A program made the position numbers and the translations under genes. The notes beneath the pieces were generated by a model, which was given only the letters and a program-made list of their open reading frames with translations, was not told the origin of the DNA and ran no database searches. DNA of 64,000 nucleotides from Bacteroidota bacterium (GTDB taxonomy: Bacteria; Bacteroidota; Bacteroidia; JABEUT01), in the NCBI GenBank assembly GCA_021823405.1, contig JAKAOA010000001.1, positions 43,628-107,627 on the forward strand, in the 5' to 3' direction. Shown here in pieces: positions 59,106 to 64,000 of the stretch (position 1 is the stretch's first letter; every line of letters begins with the position of its first letter).

Positions 59106-60650
59106 TCACAGAGGGATGTTTCCGTGCTTTTTTCGGGGTAGTTTATCTACTTTATTCTGAAGCATTTCAAATGCCCGGATTAATTTTATCCGCGTATCTT
59201 CCGGCATAATAACTTCATCTACATATCCCCGTTCCGCCGCCCTGTAAGGATTTGCAAAGTGGCTGATGTATGCATCTTCTTTCTCCTTAAGCTTTTGCAC
59301 GGGGTCGCTTGCTTCCGATATTTCTTTTTTAAATATGATTTCAGCAGCGCCCTTAGCTCCCATTACCGCAATTTCGGCAGTGGGCCAGGCATAGTTCATG
59401 TCTGCGCCTATATGTTTGGAGTTCATCACATCGTAAGCGCCGCCATACGCCTTGCGGGTAATTACCGTAATACGCGGTACGGTGGCCTCGCAAAAAGCGT
59501 AAAGTAATTTGGCGCCGTTGGCTATAATGCCTTTCCATTCCTGGTCAGTGCCGGGCAGAAAGCCGGGTACATCTTCAAATACGAGAAGCGGAATATTGAA
59601 TGCATCGCAGAAGCGCACAAACCGCGCTGCCTTCACGGAGCAATTTATATCCAGCACCCCTGCAAGACATGCCGGCTGGTTGGCGACTATGCCGATACTC
59701 TTGCCTGCCAGCCGTGCAAATCCTATAACGATATTTTCTGCAAAATTCTTATGCACCTCGAAGAAGGAATCCTCGTCGGCTACCTGACCGATAACATCGC
59801 GTATATCGTATGGCTGATTGGAGTTTTCGGGAATTAAATTATTCAGCGCCGGTCTCTTTTCGTCGCCGCCGCTTTGGTAATCGACCGATGGCGGCAGCTC
59901 TTCGCAGTTCTGCGGAATATAGCTTAGTAGTTTTTTCAGATATTCAATACATTCCACCCCGTTTGAGCACGAAAAATGCGCCACGCCTGATTTAGAGGAA
60001 TGCGTTGAGGCGCCGCCAAGTTCCTCGCTCGTTACCTCCTCATGAGTTACCGTCTTTACTACATTAGGTCCCGTTACGAACATATACGAAGTGTTCTCAA
60101 CCATTAGAATAAAGTCAGTGATGGCAGGAGAATAAACTGCCCCTCCGGCGCATGGTCCCATAACGGCTGACAACTGCGGAATTACGCCCGAAGCAAGAGT
60201 ATTGCGGTAGAAGATATCGGCATAGCCGCCAAGCGATACCACACCCTCCTGTATTCGCGCCCCGCCGGAGTCGTTAAGCCCTATGACGGGAGCGCCGTTC
60301 TTCATCGCCAAGTCCATAATTCGGCATATCTTTTCGGCGTGCGCTTCAGAGAGTGAGCCGCCGAATACCGTAAAATCCTGCGCAAATACATAAACGAGCC
60401 GCCCTTGCATTGTGCCGAAACCGGTAATAACGCCGTCTCCCAGATATTTTTCCCTGTCGAGCCCGAACTCGGCGGAACGGTGCGTTACGAACATGCCTAT
60501 TTCTTCAAAGCTGTTCTCGTCAAGCAGCAGGTGTAATCGTTCTCGTGCGGTTAACTTACCTTTTCCATGCTGCGAATCTATGCGTGTTTTGCCTCCTCCA
60601 AGTTTTGCAAGGGCTATTTTTTCGTTCAGGTCTTTTGTTTTGTCGGTCAT
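59106..60650 (-). CDS. Acyl-CoA carboxylase carboxyltransferase (beta) subunit, propionyl-CoA/methylmalonyl-CoA type
   Basis: Carboxyl-transferase N and C domains ([29 protein letters not shown]). Start placed at MTDKTKD, and the longer alternative is 60677. Confidence 0.85.
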   Translation of the reverse strand: MTDKTKDLNEKIALAKLGGGKTRIDSQHGKGKLTARERLHLLLDENSFEEIGMFVTHRSAEFGLDREKYLGDGVITGFGTMQGRLVYVFAQDFTVFGGSLSEAHAEKICRIMDLAMKNGAPVIGLNDSGGARIQEGVVSLGGYADIFYRNTLASGVIPQLSAVMGPCAGGAVYSPAITDFILMVENTSYMFVTGPNVVKTVTHEEVTSEELGGASTHSSKSGVAHFSCSNGVECIEYLKKLLSYIPQNCEELPPSVDYQSGGDEKRPALNNLIPENSNQPYDIRDVIGQVADEDSFFEVHKNFAENIVIGFARLAGKSIGIVANQPACLAGVLDINCSVKAARFVRFCDAFNIPLLVFEDVPGFLPGTDQEWKGIIANGAKLLYAFCEATVPRITVITRKAYGGAYDVMNSKHIGADMNYAWPTAEIAVMGAKGAAEIIFKKEISEASDPVQKLKEKEDAYISHFANPYRAAERGYVDEVIMPEDTRIKLIRAFEMLQNKVDKLPRKKHGNIPL

Positions 60651-60748
60651 AGGTTCAATAAATTTCAAATTTAACATGAATTTTAATTACATTAGCGCAA
60701 AGTTAAGTTTTAACGGCTATACCGCCGTTTCATTTTGAAATCGGTATT

Positions 60749-61474
60749 ATGGAAGATAATAGTATTCGAAAGTCAATGACAGACGAACCGCAGGCTAAGA
60801 TAACCCCGCTAATTGAGCGTAGCTGGCGCGAAGTATTGAAAGACGAGTTTGACAAACATTACTTTTCGCAGCTTAAACATTTCCTGATGGAAGAAAGAGA
60901 GAAGCACATTGTATATCCTCCCGGCAAATTTATTTTTTCCGCCTTCAACCATACTCCGTTTTCAAACGTGGAGGTGGTTATCCTCGGTCAGGACCCCTAC
61001 CATGGTGCAGGTCAGGCGAACGGTTTATGCTTTTCGGTAAGCAACGGCGTACCCATGCCCCCGTCACTTATAAATATATTCAAAGAAATAAAAAATGACT
61101 TGGGATATACTTACAATGGAACCGGCTGGCAGGGTAATCTGGAGCGGTGGGCTGACCAGGGCGTACTGTTGCTCAACGCCATACTTACCGTCAGGGCGAA
61201 CGAACCCGGCTCGCATCAGGGGCGCGGCTGGGAAACCTTTACAAATAGCGTTATAGAGCATCTCTCCAATGAAAAAGAAGGACTCGTGTTTCTGCTCTGG
61301 GGAAAATATGCGCAGGCAAAGGAATGCCTTATTGATGCCTCACGGCACCATATACTGAAAGCGGCTCACCCCTCGCCTTTTTCGGCATATAATGGTTTTT
61401 TCGGCTGCAAGCATTTCTCAAAAACAAACAATATGTTGAAAACGGAAGGGAAAAAGGAGATTGATTGGAGGTAA
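60749..61474 (+). CDS. ung: Uracil-DNA glycosylase (family 1)
   Basis: GQDPYHGAGQANGLCFSV water-activating loop, LLLNAILTVRA, HPSPFSA motif. Confidence 0.9.
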   Translation: MEDNSIRKSMTDEPQAKITPLIERSWREVLKDEFDKHYFSQLKHFLMEEREKHIVYPPGKFIFSAFNHTPFSNVEVVILGQDPYHGAGQANGLCFSVSNGVPMPPSLINIFKEIKNDLGYTYNGTGWQGNLERWADQGVLLLNAILTVRANEPGSHQGRGWETFTNSVIEHLSNEKEGLVFLLWGKYAQAKECLIDASRHHILKAAHPSPFSAYNGFFGCKHFSKTNNMLKTEGKKEIDWR

Positions 61475-61705
61475 AATATTTTTGAGAATTGGTGTAATCT
61501 TATCTCTTTTTCTTCATTATCGCCTTCCATAATTAACAAATTTACCATGTCTCCGGTTAAAAATAATTTTTGAGGCGGTCAAGCTAAAAGATTGAATTTT
61601 AGAGATAACGAGGATTTTATAGAACAGAATCTTTCACCGATTCAAAAAAATGATTGCATTTCTTTGGAATAACTTACCTTTGCCCTGAAGCTAACCTCAT
61701 AAAAT

Positions 61706-63241
61706 ATGAATATGAAAAAGAAGAGTTTTATAATTGTGTTTCTTTTTTCTATGTTTTTTCTAATGAATGAAAAAACAGTAAAGGCGCAACTTGACAGTGC
61801 AGTTTTTAATTACAACAACAACGCACAAACATTCATTGTGCCATGCGGCGTTGATACCATAAGAATATCGACTTTTGGAGCGCAGGGAGGCACCTCTGAC
61901 TCGGCAAGTTCGCCAGTGATTGGCGGTTTTGGCGCTGAAATGAATGGCACATTTACCGTAACCCCTTCGCAAGTATTATCGGTTATCGTAGGATTACACG
62001 GGCATAATTCAGTTCAAACCGGCTCCAGCGGGGGCGGTGGTTCGGGCGTAGTTTATAACGGATCCCCATGGATTATAGCCGCTGGCGGAGGCGGGCGTAA
62101 CAGCGGCGGTTATGCTCTGGCAGCCGGCGATACCGGAACCAACGGAGAGGCGGGCATTAACGGAAGCAATGCGCCCGGAGGTTCGGGCGGTAGCGATGGC
62201 GACAGTGTGGTATATGGCAATTTAAGCATTGCTTACGGCGGCAGAGGGTTTAACTCCGGTTCCAATGGCAGCATGGGGAAAAATGGATATACTACCTACC
62301 CCACAGTAACCACCAATGGCACATGGGGCCTAGGCGGCGGTGGAGGTGGGGTAGGAAATAGTTACTGTAATTGCGGCGGCGGCGGCGGCGGATATTCTGG
62401 CGGAGGAGCAGGAGGTATTAATGGCGATGGCGGTGGAGGTGGATCCTACAATACAGGTTCTCACCGCTTGAATTACCCGGGCGTTAATTCTGGCAACGGA
62501 AGGGTTGTGATAAAATGGAACGGTGGATACGGGCCAATTACTGATTCGCTTAAAGTAGTAAACAATATTATGTGCCATGGCGATAGCAACGGCAGTATAA
62601 TGGTAAAAGCGCAGGGAGGTATGACACCCTATACTTATTCATGGGCTCCGCTGGGTGGCACACGCGATACTGCTTCCGGGCTAAAAACTGGCAGTTATAC
62701 AGTTACCGTGACTGACAAGAATGGTTGCACCTCAACCGCAGAGATAACGCTTGCTAACCCCGCCTTACTTACCCTTTCCGATTCTACCCTGCCCGACAGC
62801 GGCAATTGCCACGGATGGGGAAAAGTAAAACCCACAGGCGGAACCGCACCTTACAAATATTCCTGGACAGGCGGAGGCACCTCGGATACGATTTATCATA
62901 AGTGCACCGGAAGCTATACCTGCACAGTGACCGATACGAACGGCTGCTCGGCAAGTATAGTGGTGAATATAGGCATCATACTAGATGTGCAGAATGTTTC
63001 AGCGCCTAAAATAGCAATCTATCCGGATCCCAATAACGGTTCATTTGCCATCTCGGGTATAAGCGAAAACGAGGTCGTGGAAATCTATAACGCTTTGGGG
63101 CAGATGATTAGCAGTACAAAATCCGGCAGCAATACCATCATGCAGTTTAATATTTCAGGGCAGTCAAGCGGGATCTATCTCCTAAAAATAATTGACGTAA
63201 CTGGAAAATTAATAGCAGAAAAGCAATTAATGAAACAGTAA
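61706..63241 (+). CDS. Secreted glycine-rich protein with two SprB-type repeats and a T9SS C-terminal sorting domain
   Basis: Signal peptide. Long G/S/N-rich region (GGGGSG..., CNCGGGGGGYSGGGAGG). Two C.G.YTVTVTD.NGC repeats. C-terminal por_Cterm-like IAIYPDPNNGSF...GIYLLKI. Confidence 0.7.
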   Translation: MNMKKKSFIIVFLFSMFFLMNEKTVKAQLDSAVFNYNNNAQTFIVPCGVDTIRISTFGAQGGTSDSASSPVIGGFGAEMNGTFTVTPSQVLSVIVGLHGHNSVQTGSSGGGGSGVVYNGSPWIIAAGGGGRNSGGYALAAGDTGTNGEAGINGSNAPGGSGGSDGDSVVYGNLSIAYGGRGFNSGSNGSMGKNGYTTYPTVTTNGTWGLGGGGGGVGNSYCNCGGGGGGYSGGGAGGINGDGGGGGSYNTGSHRLNYPGVNSGNGRVVIKWNGGYGPITDSLKVVNNIMCHGDSNGSIMVKAQGGMTPYTYSWAPLGGTRDTASGLKTGSYTVTVTDKNGCTSTAEITLANPALLTLSDSTLPDSGNCHGWGKVKPTGGTAPYKYSWTGGGTSDTIYHKCTGSYTCTVTDTNGCSASIVVNIGIILDVQNVSAPKIAIYPDPNNGSFAISGISENEVVEIYNALGQMISSTKSGSNTIMQFNISGQSSGIYLLKIIDVTGKLIAEKQLMKQ

Positions 63242-63414
63242 GCGTTTTGCAGATTATCTTATAGAAGAAAGAGTCGAATGACTCCTTCTTCCTGATGATT
63301 TACTATGAGCTTTTCCTAAGATTTATCTTGTCAGATAAATCAATGGGCGCACGGTGGTTTTTTAACTTTTGATTCAGAATATTTATCTGAAATTATAAAC
63401 GAACAATAAACAGT

Positions 63415-64000
63415 ATGGTCATCATAGGCATTATTGTATGCATTATAGCGGGCTTCGCAATCGGTTACTTTTATTTTAAGTCCCTTACCTTAAAAGATGC
63501 GATAGATAAAAAGGAAGTTCAGGAAAATTATGTATTAAAGGAAATTTATAATGCGTCTCTGTCTGAAACTAACGATTGTAAAAGGAATCTTAACGAAGCG
63601 AATAAAACGATTTGGGAGCTTAAGGAAAAAACCGGACAATTAAACGCAGAAATAAAATCATTAACTGATAAAATTACATCCTTCAACCTGGAAATCGAAC
63701 AACTGCACAAACAATCGCATGAACAGTTTAAGAATCTGGCAAACGATATTTTGGAAGAAAAGACCAAAAAATTTACCGAACTGAACAAGGAAAAAATGGA
63801 TGCCATTCTTAAACCTTTAGCTGATAAGGTTGTAGAGTTCAAAGAAAAGGTGGAAAAGCAATCAAATGAAACCCTGACGCTAAAAGGCGAGATAAAGAAT
63901 CTTGTTGACATGAGCAAAAAGATGAACGAAGACACAGCCAATCTTACAAAAGCTTTGAAGGGCGACAGCAAAGTTCAGGGTGACTGGGGAGAAAGAATAC
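63415..64000 (+). CDS. rmuC: DNA recombination protein RmuC, 3'-truncated by the window edge
   Basis: N-terminal TM helix, long coiled-coil, and ALKGDSKVQGDWGE (RmuC KG.SK.RG.WGE signature). No stop codon before the end of the window, so it is absent from the ORF track. Confidence 0.8.
   Translation, partial: MVIIGIIVCIIAGFAIGYFYFKSLTLKDAIDKKEVQENYVLKEIYNASLSETNDCKRNLNEANKTIWELKEKTGQLNAEIKSLTDKITSFNLEIEQLHKQSHEQFKNLANDILEEKTKKFTELNKEKMDAILKPLADKVVEFKEKVEKQSNETLTLKGEIKNLVDMSKKMNEDTANLTKALKGDSKVQGDWGERI

Noticed and set aside
63546-63971. 141-aa minus-strand ORF near the end of the window
   Set aside because: The plus strand over the same span encodes a clear RmuC N-terminus (TM helix, coiled-coil, KGDSKVQGDWGE). 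The minus-strand ORF is low-complexity Ser/Phe/Leu-rich antisense translation.

Overview
This window looks like a Bacteroidota chromosomal segment, most likely from a Sphingobacteriia, Chitinophagia or Flavobacteriia-like lineage. Three features point that way: a protein with a T9SS C-terminal sorting domain and SprB repeats, a fused HemC-HemD, and the absence of Shine-Dalgarno signals. It carries roughly 60 densely packed protein genes and one tRNA-Lys(TTT), and the genes are mostly housekeeping.

Gene content, in order along the window:
- M13 peptidase (5' partial) and KdsB
- PyrR, a Mg-chelatase ComM, a GT-C membrane glycosyltransferase, a thiolase and kynurenine 3-monooxygenase
- Hsp20, pirin, DoxX, YceI
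- RecG, HemB and the HemC/D fusion
- HutU and an MFS transporter
- RluD
- A complete Pho cluster: porin, pstSCAB, phoU, and a divergent PhoB/PhoR-like two-component system
- A LytTR response regulator next to an orphan SdhC-like cytochrome b
- ComEA
- A MacAB/TolC-type efflux operon
- An NMO/PfaD-like unknown protein followed by pabB and pabC
- RidA, TruB, MlaFE
- Two tandem rhomboid proteases, MutL, LysS
- A TPR protein, the propionyl-CoA carboxylase beta subunit, Ung
- A glycine-rich T9SS cargo protein, and RmuC (3' partial)

I found no CRISPR array, transposase, integrase, toxin-antitoxin system or recognisable defence system.

The unusual parts are non-coding:
1. Two roughly 0.8 kb inverted-repeat arms (about 2306-3069 and 11614-12472) bracket an 8.5 kb block of housekeeping genes. 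Each arm contains tandem 87/88 bp hairpin-bearing repeat units, three full units on the left and one on the right.
2. A dense family of REP/MITE-like elements (at least 7 copies) built around the perfect palindrome CCCGATAGCTATCGGG sits in intergenic spacers.
3. An 11-bp-periodic TGTTAAG direct-repeat array lies in the divergent pst/phoB promoter and is a candidate Pho box.

Every functional call rests on my reading of motifs and family-level similarity. No database search was run.
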